DNA of 60,255 bases, the filler included, from Sluysia triapertura (taxonomy: Eukaryota): assembly GCA_046118255.1 (NCBI GenBank). It is 4 parts of 4 records of this genome, joined end to end, with 100 filler letters (N's around TTAATTAATTAA, not from the genome) between each part and the next. Parts side by side here need not be neighbours in the genome. Positions count along the whole stretch, not along the records: positions 11,531 to 22,650 come from JBJNIA010188621.1; positions 22,751 to 43,732 come from JBJNIA010005555.1; 2 more parts are not named here. The stretch is one strand, 5' to 3'. Below are positions 13,721 to 24,756 of the stretch, one piece after another. A model generated the notes under the pieces. It was not told the origin of the DNA and searched no databases. It saw only the letters and a list, made by a program, of their open reading frames with translations. The position numbers and the translations under genes are program-made. Positions within the stretch are counted from its first letter, which is position 1. Each line of letters opens with the position of its first letter.

Positions 13721-14510
13721 CACTCAAAATATTAATATTTTTAAATGATATTTTTAAATTTCACATTTCTCTCGATCACTAAAATTTTCTCTTAAAACAA
13801 CTATTCTTTTCTAACGTAAAGTCACATTTATTATTAAAACAATAAGTTATTTCTTGAAAACAACGTAACATTTAAAATTAATTTTATTAAATTAACAAAT
13901 ATAGAGTAAAATAGTATAAAAACATTTTAAGATGTCATAAAAATATGAAGATAACGTAGGAAAATAAAAGATTTTTGAAAATTCAAAATAAGATAATATA
14001 GTTTATGTATAACGTTGCAAATCGTGGATTTTCAAAACATTATATTTAGGTATACATTAAATTAATTAATTTAGAAAATTAATTTAATTAATTGACATTA
14101 GCAAATGAAAATAATAAACACACAAACTTCGTCAAAACCAAAAAAAACTTATTGATTAAAATGATATATTATGTGGTTATAAAATGAAAATATTTATCTA
14201 CAATAATTAATTTATCAATTTATTTTTCAATATTCAAAATACGAACAAATATACTCGTTTAGAGTTGTCATTTTGGATGAAGTTTAGAATGCTTTTAAAG
14301 CTTTTTATTCTTTACAATCGTTACAGGTAAAAGATATAGCACTACTTTATTTCTTGGATAAGGCATTATTTTGTACAAAAAGGTGATGCAAAATATAGAA
14401 AGAATCAAAAATGCATAAAACGAGTACTGCTAGGTTCTATTGAATTTAACTCAAGTTTAACTCATTCTCTCAAAACACAAAATTTATTTAAACTAATAAA
14501 TTCAGTTATT

Positions 14511-14906
14511 TTAATATTTATATCCTAGTTTACATGTTTTCGATATACTTTTCCATCCTGCCTTGATTTTTACTTGAAATGTAGATAATTTGGGATATGA
14601 TGTATTCGGTACGAAGTTCAAATAATCAGATGATATCAGTTTTTCACTACCTGACAAAGTTAATTTCTTAGTTTTCACTTTACATGATGCTTCAAGACAT
14701 AGTTCAGCTCTAATATTGATATCACTTGGTATCAAACCCTTATTTTCAATACTGTATTCGATTTTCGTCTTGATTTCCTCTGGATATCGAACAATTTGGT
14801 CACAATTTAATATATTTATATCGAATTGTTTAACAGTAACACAAGCCAAACAGTTTTCTGTCAATATTGATGATAGTATAAGTAAAATTAAAATCGTATA
14901 CTTCAT
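14511..14906 (-). CDS. Small secreted Cys-containing beta-rich protein, cluster paralogue 1 (131 aa, family not recognised)
   Basis: Intronless ATG-TAA ORF with a hydrophobic signal peptide ending CLA|C. Clear paralogy with 15578-15964 and 22097-22501. TATATAA ~40 nt upstream, AATAAA ~25 nt downstream. Confidence 0.88.
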   Translation of the reverse strand: MKYTILILLILSSILTENCLACVTVKQFDINILNCDQIVRYPEEIKTKIEYSIENKGLIPSDINIRAELCLEASCKVKTKKLTLSGSEKLISSDYLNFVPNTSYPKLSTFQVKIKAGWKSISKTCKLGYKY

Positions 14907-14942
14907 ATTTATAATTTCTTTATACGATTAACTGGTACTTGC

Positions 14943-14980
14943 TTATATAACAAGTGCTTTTCTGATTAACTTCAAACTTT
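14943..14980 (-). promoter_or_regulatory. TATA box plus shared upstream motif (AAAGTTTGAAGT) of paralogue 1
   Basis: Similar motif at similar spacing from a TATA-like box in all three paralogues (also 16013-16049 and 22532-22566). Confidence 0.45.
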
Positions 14981-15577
14981 GTTATTTCTATCTATATTGA
15001 TAATGCATTATCTCTTCTTGCTTTATTATGCGTTTCGAAAAAACAAACTAATACTAATGTCGATTTTAAAAAAACAATGTTAAAAAAACAAAAGTGGCGC
15101 CAATTTTTTGAAATAGTAAATTAAAATGAGGTAAAGAGCATTCATAGCTGATTTATTTTCATATAATAGATTCGTAAAAGAAAATTAAATAAGAATAGAG
15201 TTAGACTTTTTTTGAAGATATTATATAAAATTTTCTATGTTTTATTAGTAAAAGTATTCAATGATTTATTTGATTTGGGAAGTGCTGGGATTTATTTTGT
15301 ATACTATTTTATGTAATATTTGGTACAGTTTATAGAGTCATATATCAAATAATCCTTCTACTGTGAAATTATTGAATTAAATCGGGGTTTTCTGGGTGTA
15401 ATAAAATCTGTTAATATATTATCCATGTAAAATGGCCATCTGTTTAAGTTAATCAATTTTGATTGGTCCCTGTAGTCGTCATTTATTTACTATTCAATTA
15501 TTTATGTTATTTATCAGTTCAAGTAATAAATTTTATGATAAAACAAATAACATAGAATTATAGATATATATATATTT

Positions 15578-15964
15578 TTATCTAATATATCCTACATTAC
15601 AAGATTGTTTTTCCAAGCTTGGTCCAGCTGTTACTTGTACCTGAAATTGTGTATCTAATGGATAAGATTCATTAGGTTGAAAATCAAAATATCTGACAAC
15701 ATACGATAATGCAGGTTCTTTACTAGTATAAGAAACCGAGATGGCTTTAGTTATACAAGTCGTATTTAAACACATTCGAACTTCAAGAGGAACATTGTTC
15801 ATTTCTAAAATTGCTTTAGATTCAATTTTTGTACGTACTTTATTTGGATATCGAATCGTTTCATTACAATTTATAATAATTATATCGAAATAACTTTGGC
15901 AAGCTCTAATATCATCTAGTAAATTAGTTATTAGTAATATTAGAATCAATGTACTATGGTTCAT
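15578..15964 (-). CDS. Small secreted Cys-containing beta-rich protein, cluster paralogue 2 (128 aa)
   Basis: Intronless ORF with signal peptide ending IRA|C. Shares FD...NC, RYP...TKIE, CxxxxC, FxFxP..Y, FQVxV.AG and CxxGY with the other paralogues. Confidence 0.88.
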   Translation of the reverse strand: MNHSTLILILLITNLLDDIRACQSYFDIIIINCNETIRYPNKVRTKIESKAILEMNNVPLEVRMCLNTTCITKAISVSYTSKEPALSYVVRYFDFQPNESYPLDTQFQVQVTAGPSLEKQSCNVGYIR

Positions 15965-16279
15965 ACGTTTAAGAAATTTTTTATTCTATATTAATCTATT
16001 TCAACGGAAACCTATTTATGTAACTTAAATGTTTTATACTTTGAACTTTGAATTAAATATTTTTATTAAAGACGAAAAATACAAAATACTATCATTTTTT
16101 TCTTTATTTCTTGTATATGATTATAAAAAAATTAAAATTTTACAAAAAGTATAATTTCAAAAATATCTTAAAATAAAATAAGAAAATATTCTAATAAATG
16201 TAAAATGGCATTTCCTTTATGTAATAAAATGTCTTAAAATATCTTGTAATAAAAAAGTAAACGAAAGAAGATAAAAATA

Positions 16280-17170
16280 GAGTAAACTCCCGATTATTCG
16301 GGCTAATGATGGTGAGGGTCGACACAGATAATCCGCTAAATAATAATGATAATAATAAAAATACTTTAAGTGCTTTATTAAAAAATCGGTAATTTTGGTT
16401 TGTTTAAGTGAATTTCTCAACAACTTTTTAATACTATCTCGAATTTTTCTTAAAGATTCGTTATAGTTGAAGTTCTGTTGATCGACATAAGTCAATGGCG
16501 TGTCTTGACTAATGTGATTGGTAATATCTTCTACTTCACTTTCTGTCTCACTTTCATTTTCATTTGGATTTGAAACTAGATTTGAAATAATATCCGTGAA
16601 ACTCTGTATCTGGAATCTTGGATCATATGAATTAAATTCCATCAATTTCTCAGTATTTTGGTCATCAACATTTTCAAAGCCATTTAAATGTTACACATCT
16701 CAAGTTCGATGAAATCCGACAAAATTTTCAACCAAGCTTAATTTTGTTCCAAGATTTAACAGCTCCATATGTTGCATCTAACATTGCCATGTTTTTCCAT
16801 AAATTTATTAAATCGTCATTCTCGCTACAAAAGCTTCTAAGGAGATCATTGCGATAATGGCGTTTCATTAAAGAGATAACTCCTTGATGTTACATTAGGT
16901 GGTAAAAATTTTGCAGCTGAAGGCCGTCGTTTGTTTTCAGTATGCTTTCATTTGGATGATACGAATCATTATCTAATAACAGTACTGCCCTCTGGTAATC
17001 CTTTACTTTTTAGAAACTCGAATTTCTGGGACCCATTTATTTTTAAACAAATGTTCAAAGATCATTCTTCCTTTTTGATTGTAGTAGTCAACAGGATGAT
17101 TCTTTATTTCAGTTCCTTTAAATGATCCTGTCTTTTTTACTTTTCCAATCACGAGAAGCTTCATCAATAG
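16280..17170 (-). mobile_element. Tigger/pogo (jerky-like) DDE transposon remnant
   Basis: Minus strand encodes AAKFLPPNVTS...QGVISLMKRHYRNDLL (DDE_1 family motif, with a small deletion) and the C-terminal KQTKITDFL typical of Tiggers. TIR-like GAGTAAACTCCCGATTATTCG at ~16280. Confidence 0.85.
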
Positions 17171-17559
17171 GAAAACAACTTATTGACTCAAAATGATATA
17201 TCATGTGATTATAAAATTAAAATATTTATCTACAATAATTAATTTATCAATTTATTTTGCAATATTCGATATAAGAACAAAAGTGCTACAAAAAAAACAC
17301 ATCCAGTAAATACGGCAATGTCGGTAAAAAAAGTGATGGTGAATAAGAAGAGAATAAGAACTTACACTTGGAGAATGAAGTTTGAAAATAGGAAAACTCG
17401 AGAGATTAATATAAATTAAAGAATATGAATGATAATCACAAATTCTCCCAAATCATGTGTAAATTATTGTTGATAATTAAACAACTTATAGGATATACTA
17501 TTCGCATTACTTTTTACTATTATCATTTTTATTGTTTGTTATTATATAATTATTATTAA

Positions 17560-17980
17560 TAGACTTGATTTTCGAATACTTATTTTATGCATGACTTGAA
17601 TTTTGTTTGCTTTTGGCAATTTTAGAGCACTCCTCGATCATTAAGATACTGCAATAACAGTTCGATACCATCGAAACGACAAATTGATAATAGCCGGCTT
17701 CTTTTGGCTTTTGTCACAATTTCATCATTTTTTAAAATGATATCGACTTGTCTAACCAGCGTTAAATAATGACTTTACGTAATGATCGATCAACACCAAG
17801 TCATTTGCAATTTTCTAAACTGACAATCATTACTTGTTGTATCCCGATCTTTTCCAACATACTTTGATAATTTTCACCATCTTGGATTCTTTGAATAATT
17901 CTAATAGTTTAATTTCTAATTCTTGACACTGTACAATCGACGCTCGCAGTAACAAAATATCATTCAATGGATCATACCTA
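17560..17980 (-). mobile_element. piggyBac transposase C-terminal remnant
   Basis: Minus strand reads RFDGIELL...NCQKQTKFKSCIK, resembling the PGBD C-terminal RFDG...C..C.K.TKF.C Cys-rich tail. Broken by stops. Confidence 0.5.
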
Positions 17981-18091
17981 ATTAGCATAGTTAGCACAAA
18001 GCGTTACTTCATATTAAAAAGATTACGAAATATTAACTTTTTAAAACAATAAAAAAATTGATAGTTAAAAAAGTAAGAAACTATTACTTTT

Positions 18092-18206
18092 TCAGTGCAT
18101 TTTACATATGTTATCAATGAAATTTAAATTAGCAACTGTTGTAAACAATTCAAACTTCATTTGTTTACAATTTGTAACATCGTAACTGATTGTATATATC
18201 AGTTCA
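18092..18206 (-). CDS. Possible C-terminal part of a fourth secreted-family paralogue, cut by the gap
   Basis: ...KFELFTTVANLNFIDNICKMH* has an F...CK ending with spacing close to FQVKIKAGWKSISKTCK. It is on the same strand, and its downstream flank (17177-17282) duplicates the downstream flank of paralogue 1 (14145-14249). Confidence 0.35.
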
Positions 18207-20397
18207 NNNNNNNNNNNNNNNNNNNNNNNNNNNNNNNNNNNNNNNNNNNNNNNNNNNNNNNNNNNNNNNNNNNNNNNNNNNNNNNNNNNNNNNNNNNNNN
18301 NNNNNNNNNNNNNNNNNNNNNNNNNNNNNNNNNNNNNNNNNNNNNNNNNNNNNNNNNNNNNNNNNNNNNNNTTAATCTTTAATATAAATAAATAAATAAT
18401 CCTAATTAAGATTATTAAAATTAAAATAACATTGAACCACCATAAATTTTTTTGAAGCCACAATGAATATTATACATTAAATAAATATTAAGCTTAAAAT
18501 AAATATCCTAATTATAAATATTAAATTCGTTTTCAAATGAATGAAAGACAAAATTAATTTGTATACACATATTAATTAAAATTAGGAAATTAAATTTAAA
18601 AATAGATTGATTGGAATATTTGATTTGGTTATTTTTAATCATCGCAACTTTCGACCACAATGTTACAGATTCATATAGAAAACAATACAAATTAAAAGTT
18701 GTAAAAATTATAATTAGATTTAAATATTAAGAATAATTTTCAAATAATTATAAGAATAATTAATAAAATATTAAATTAAAAAATAAAATATTAAATATAT
18801 CTTAATGATTTTACAAAAACTTTAAAAGAAACTTCTTAAAAGGTTCTGAAATCTATAACTGAAAAAAAGAAATAGAAACTTAATGTAAGAAACCTGGACT
18901 CAAATCAATGTAATTTGTAGATAAAGTTTGTAATAGAAGAATTTTAGGATGTAATAAGAAATAAATAGCATGATACTAAAACATATAAAACAATATGCAG
19001 AAGAGTGGAGACGGATGCGCAAAAAATGTAACCTATGAAATTGATTTAAATTGAATATTGTTATGAACTTATCAACTTTTGCGCCACCACACGGTTATAA
19101 TGAGACAATTATCTTATAGATATTTCGCGTATTTTGTAGTTGATATCTTTGAAAAGTAATTCAAATATATTTATTATGCAGAAAAGTTTTGTATTGCTAT
19201 TTTCTTAATTTATGTGGTGAGTCCCTTACAATCTTAGTCTTTCTCACTTAAGAAGTAGTAATTGGAAATAAATTATGATTTTAAATGTTAACTATTTTAT
19301 ACAAAATAAAGTCGATCCTCCCTTAAAATTTAATGGATAAAACAATCGTCTTCTTATAATATTTTGTATTTTATAATACTTTTCTAAACGACTAAATGTC
19401 TTTTTGAAATTATAAAAATAAATGATAGGTTACGTGATATTTTACGACCGTATTATAAAAACGGCACCTTACAAATATCAAACTTTCTTTAATAATAAGT
19501 TTAAGTATAATTTAAGACCGTATCTAAATAACAGAGTATCCTATATTATATAATTTTTCAAGTAAAATAAATAGGGAAAATTTATATATTAAATACAAAC
19601 AACAAAATCTAACAAATAATTAACAATAATAATAAAACATTTATCAGATTATAATATAATCAAATTTAAAGATTTTAGTTTAATTTTTTCTTCTCCAAAA
19701 TTAAAAGGGACGATAAAAATAAAATTAGCGATTTTAAGTTGATTTTGCGCACAATAAAATAGGCGAACTTAATATTAAAAAACTAACGAGTAAAACAAAT
19801 ATATATGTCCTGTAATCAATCAAAATCCAAGTAATTAGAAAATTTTAAGATTGATGTGACAATCGAATTCCAACTGAGAAAAATAAAGAAATCGAAAATT
19901 CTTTAAAATTGATGTGAATCCAAATAATCTAAATAAAGAATAAATAAAAATTTTTAAGATTGTTGTGTGGAGTGAGTGAAGTGTATATATTAATGAAGAT
20001 TTTTCAAACGACCTTGATCAGGCTATTTCAAACAATAAGCTATTTTAAACGAATTATATTATTTTGTAAATTATTCTATTTCATAAATTTAATAATAATA
20101 TACAAGCAAAATTTTATTTGAATATTTTAAAACTTGTATTAAAATATTATTACTTTTTCTATATTAGAAAATATTTATTTAAAACTGTTATTTTTAGAAC
20201 CATATTAAATATTTAATTAATATTTTATGATTTTTTTAGTGTAGAATACAATTTAATTTTATTTTTAGAACTAGAGCATACATGTATACTTTTATTTAGT
20301 CTTATTTTTAGATTTGAACATTGGACATATTAATAAAATTGATGTGTTTCCATAATATTCAGAAATCTTTTTCTGTTACTTACTTTTTATAAGTGGA

Positions 20398-20540
20398 TGT
20401 GGTGACTCACCAATAATTCTGAAATTTTATTAATACAGAACCTTAACAATAATCAAAACCATTAAATGTACCTCATTCACAATCATAAACACAAATATTA
20501 CATAATTTCACATTTTATTGATTTTTTTAAACATATAAGT
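20398..20540 (+). mobile_element. Short or deleted copy of the TGTGGTG-headed repeat family
   Basis: Starts TGTGGTGACTCACC and contains the family block caaaaccattaaatgtac...ttcacattttatt also seen at 3879-3911. Confidence 0.5.
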
Positions 20541-22096
20541 GAATATTTAGTCTAATTTTTATACAAAAAAAGGAAACATAATTATTTGAAATTTATAAAT
20601 TAATGAGATTAATATTATAAAATTACAATAAATAAAAATAAAACTTTAAATAAATCTCAATAATCATAAAATAATTTAATTAAAATATTTCAAAATAAAC
20701 ATCATAAAATCAAAAATAAGCTAAAAAAAGGTAAGACATATAAATCGAAACTTATGAAATTTAATTAGCAAATTAAAAAGATCGCAGTGTTGGAATAAAG
20801 AAATAAAATGGAAATAAAGAAATAAATACTAACAAGCACAAACTAACACATGATACAAATTGGTATTGACAATTCATTAAAATATTTGGCTATTCATAAA
20901 ATAATTAATTCATTATTGGATTATACGTTGAATTATTAATTTGATTTCATTTTAATTAATTGTTGTTTTACCTTGACATTTATTTATATTTTTATTTGTG
21001 AATATATTTATGAATCACATTGATAATAACTATTTCTTGAATTATAAAATCAAGTATTAGTACAAATTAATAAAACTTTGACATAAATTAATATTTATAT
21101 TATTAAAATTTATTTTAATTAGTTACGTTTGGCCTCTTCATTAATTAATTCGAATTTTATTTATGTGGTGTTTTGTTATACTCTTGGATGTTTATTTAAT
21201 TAAAACTTATTCTCTATGATTATTTTATTTACTTAAAACTAAGTATTTCTGGAGGCTTAAGTCAATACTCGTCTCTCTTCTTAAAGTGCAAACTAAAATT
21301 TCCTAACTTTTGAATCCTTTTTTTTCAGTTCCAAAAATCAATAAAACTTTAACGAAGGTTTGTGTAGAATACAAAAGATTATTAGTTTTTTAAAATGGTA
21401 ACATGTGGCCTAGTCACACTTGCAGTCAATTATAGATAATGTTATTCACTAAAAATCAATTTTAATGTCCGATGGCTGTCTTTTTAGTAAATATTATAAT
21501 AAGTGTCAAATAACAAAATTATTCCTATTTAAATATTATATCTCATTAAAAATTATACATCTTGATGGCAGAAATATAACTTTTAATTGTTAATTAAATG
21601 TCTTTAATAGCAGAAATAAGTTTAAATATTCACAAATTAATGGAAACCCTTTTTATAGCAATTTTCCAAAATTTTTTTCTGTAATTAATTTCTCTATATA
21701 TTTATTTCGTGCTAACATTACAAATTGTTTTAACATAGATATTTTATTATACATGCAAAATTATTTCAGTAGTACAGTAGTATTTAGTCATAACATGATT
21801 TAAAATAATTTACCAAAGATATTTTTTGTAGAAAGACCTAAGATTTTAGTCAAATCTTTTCTAGCAGAAATAAATGACACTAACTTTCACTTTTAAAATC
21901 ACGTTATTGACTTATAATTTATATTTCGAAAATTAAATTATCATAATTAATATTAATTAAAAGATAATTTAAGGAATAATAAATAAATAAAACTTTTTTA
22001 GTTTATATTTTTATAAAAATAATATGTAGCATTACTAAAGTTGTATCAATATTATTTCGACATGACTATTTTTAACTGATTCTTGTAAAATAATTT

Positions 22097-22501
22097 TTAT
22101 TGATTTTTTGTATATCCAATATTACATGATCTGATTAAAGTTTTTGTTGCTACTTCTACTTTAATTTTAAACAAAGAATGTATTGAATAAAATCTAGGTG
22201 GTTGAAATTCAACAAATTCTAATGTTTGAAATTTTTCTGCACCATACAAAGTAAGTACCTTTGTTGTAGTTTCGCAATAAGTGCCAATACACATTTCTGT
22301 TGCAACATTAACATTTTGTACAGTTAATCCTAAATTGTGAAGTTCATACTCGAGTTTTGTTTGAATAACATTCGGATATTGAACAACTTGATCACAATTC
22401 AGTACAGTGACATCGAACTGTTTTACAAGAACACAAGCTTGACAGTTTTTTATCGACGTTGTAATTAAATATAAAATTAAAATCAATACTTGGCAATTCA
22501 T
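22097..22501 (-). CDS. Small secreted Cys-containing beta-rich protein, cluster paralogue 3 (134 aa from ATG 22501)
   Basis: Intronless, signal peptide ending CQA|C. ACVLVKQFDVTVLNCDQVVQYP closely matches paralogue 1 (ACVTVKQFDINILNCDQIVRYP). TATATAA upstream; AATAAA overlaps the stop. Confidence 0.9.
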   Translation of the reverse strand: MNCQVLILILYLITTSIKNCQACVLVKQFDVTVLNCDQVVQYPNVIQTKLEYELHNLGLTVQNVNVATEMCIGTYCETTTKVLTLYGAEKFQTLEFVEFQPPRFYSIHSLFKIKVEVATKTLIRSCNIGYTKNQ

Positions 22502-22763
22502 ATTCACATATTTTATTAAACAGGTTAATAATTATATATGTTATAAAATATCGTACTTTAAACTAATACTTTTTATTGATAAGATTATTTTCTTGAATGT
22601 ATTCTCATTGTTTTCTTTTATTTTAAGATTTTTAAATGTTTTTTCAATATNNNNNNNNNNNNNNNNNNNNNNNNNNNNNNNNNNNNNNNNNNNNTTAATT
22701 AATTAANNNNNNNNNNNNNNNNNNNNNNNNNNNNNNNNNNNNNNNNNNNNTGCTTAAGATTAC

Positions 22764-23220
22764 TCTTGTAGTCAAAGGAACATGAATATAAAATGGATTC
22801 AGCTCAAAGCCCAAGAATTCCCCAGTTAGTTGTGGTTTAATATCTTTATTATTTATCTTTACGTTTATGAAAACAAGTATTATCTTATAATATTTAGAAA
22901 ATCTTATTAGATCACTTATAGTTTTATATTTGATTCTTTCAATACGTATTTCATTTAAAAAATTATAAAAGAACATTAAAGAATAGTACACAAATAAAAA
23001 TTTATTCCTAATTAACAAATTGAAAATTTTAAAGTCCAAAGATTCTTTGCCAGGCATGCCAGTTAGCCAAATCACGGGTTTAACATCTAAAATAAAATAA
23101 GCAATTAGTTTATGAATTGAACAATAAAAAGAATTAATTACATTGATCACGATATGCTGTTCTAATTGGCCTATAATTTCCGCGTCGGAAGATTGTCTCA
23201 ACTCGTTGCAATACATGATT
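22764..23220 (-). CDS. Partial gene, possibly adenylate-kinase-like with degenerate P-loop (continues into the gap)
   Basis: Exons 23051-23086 and 22764-22843, joined through a putative GC-AG intron, give KPVIWLTGMPDIKPQLTGEFLGFELNPFYIHVPLTTR. This aligns without gaps to the adenylate kinase N-terminus ([18 protein letters not shown]...HLSTGDLLR). An upstream exon ends at a GTAATT donor near 23141. Confidence 0.4.
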
Positions 23221-23291
23221 TCATTTCCTTTATTGGTAATGGTATACCCTTTTATGTTTTGACATAACATAGATTTGTAAATATCAAAGAT

Positions 23292-23340
23292 CAACTTTTA
23301 CAAATATTCAACTTTTACAAATATTCAACTTTTACAAATA
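23292..23340. repeat. 17-bp tandem repeat (CAACTTTTACAAATATT) x~3
   Basis: Seen directly. Confidence 0.85.
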
Positions 23341-24381
23341 CAGTAAATATCAAAGGTCTACTTTTACAAATTTTATACGACTTTATAAAGGTCAGATTTT
23401 AATATAAATTAATTTTTCAAATATAATTTCAAATATAATTAAGTAAATTTTCAAATTCAAAGATAATATTAAAGTTTTTAATTTTTGGAAGTTAAATTGT
23501 AGGATTAAATTTTATAATATCGAATAATCAATTTAATTAAAAAATCTTCGTTGGAAATTTTATGTCATCCAAGTAAGTGATATTTTATTATTATTTTATT
23601 TATTAAAATTAATATTAAAAACATTATGGAAATTAATATACTAAATTATTAAAATTAATAAAAATAATAATTAAATTCTCTATTTCTTTCCATCTTTGTT
23701 TTAATTCCTTAAAGGTCAATTTTAAAAATCTATATAAGGATACAATTTTTGCATAAGTTTCACACAAATTATTTAACTCTTCATCGAGCGTTTTGAGGAA
23801 CCGTTTTCAGCTAAACACACAAAAATTATTCAAATCTCTATCGAGCATTCGTTTCGTCAGCTATCGCAATTCCTTTGGACAATTTTATCTAGAATCTTCG
23901 AATACCATATCAGGAAATTTTACTTGTCGTTAGTTTTTTATCCTAAGGTCCTTTGCAATTTATAAAATTGCCTTATTAAAATAACACTTAAATTACATTT
24001 TTAATATCCCGCTATCGTTTCAAGATAGCGTATTAAAATCCATATAAAATTTTATCTTAGATTATAATAAAAAAATAATCTACTGTAATATTTTTATTAT
24101 TTTATTATATAATTACGCATTTTGGTTAATAAAACTTAGTTATTTTAAATTCTTCTGATATTAGTAACGGTTCCTTCGTGAATCAAATCAAAATCGTTAT
24201 AAAAGGTCCATTTTATTTGAACCTCATTAAAATATCAAATTTAAAAAAGGTTCGTATAATCGAACCTAAGTAAAATCAACTTTATATTATTTTTTAAAAT
24301 CATTAAAATCAATAAAATCATATTGAACCCCTAAAATCTTATTTATTAAATTATTAAATTTGTTTTCTTAAAATCCAACGG

Positions 24382-24756
24382 TTGGCCATTAAGTTAGTAA
24401 GTTCAAAACGTTGGTGGACTCACATTTTTATCTTTATTCGCAAAACTCGTAGGAAATCTTGCAATTTTAAGCAGAACGATTTGATCAAACTTAATTCTGG
24501 AAAAGGCTTTCGAGCCAATTTTATAATTTTTATGCGGATTATAAATAAAGATTCAATGCAAGTTCTTGATTTCAGTTTAAGACCAAAACTGGTTTTTGAA
24601 TTATATCCTGTAGGAAGCGAAGATGAAAATAATGTGTTTGCAATAGTTTTAGATGGAAGCCACAATCACACTTTATGTTCCGGATTTGGACGCTGTTTTT
24701 ATGGTTACTTTTTGGGACTAACTCGTCAAGAAAATCCATACGAGAATAATATATAA
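24382..24756 (+). mobile_element. Probable piggyBac transposase C-terminal remnant
   Basis: SSKRWWTHIFIF resembles the piggyBac R..KWW..IF motif, followed by MQVLDF and a downstream H..L....GRC tail. Confidence 0.45.

Noticed and set aside
14840-14906. Bacterial lipoprotein (lipobox) or horizontal-transfer origin for the secreted family
   Set aside because: The Ala-Cys junction superficially resembles a lipobox, but CLAC/IRAC/CQAC do not fit L-[AS]-[AG]-C well. The genes have TATA and AATAAA signals and host-like composition. No positive evidence for bacterial origin without a search.
18161-18463. ORF-track entries spanning the N gap
   Set aside because: They are open only because of X residues. 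Only the 18092-18206 part is considered.
23740-23930. Minus-strand CPKELR*LTKRMLDRD, reminiscent of a kinase C-lobe
   Set aside because: Short, interrupted by stops, with no other kinase motifs nearby.
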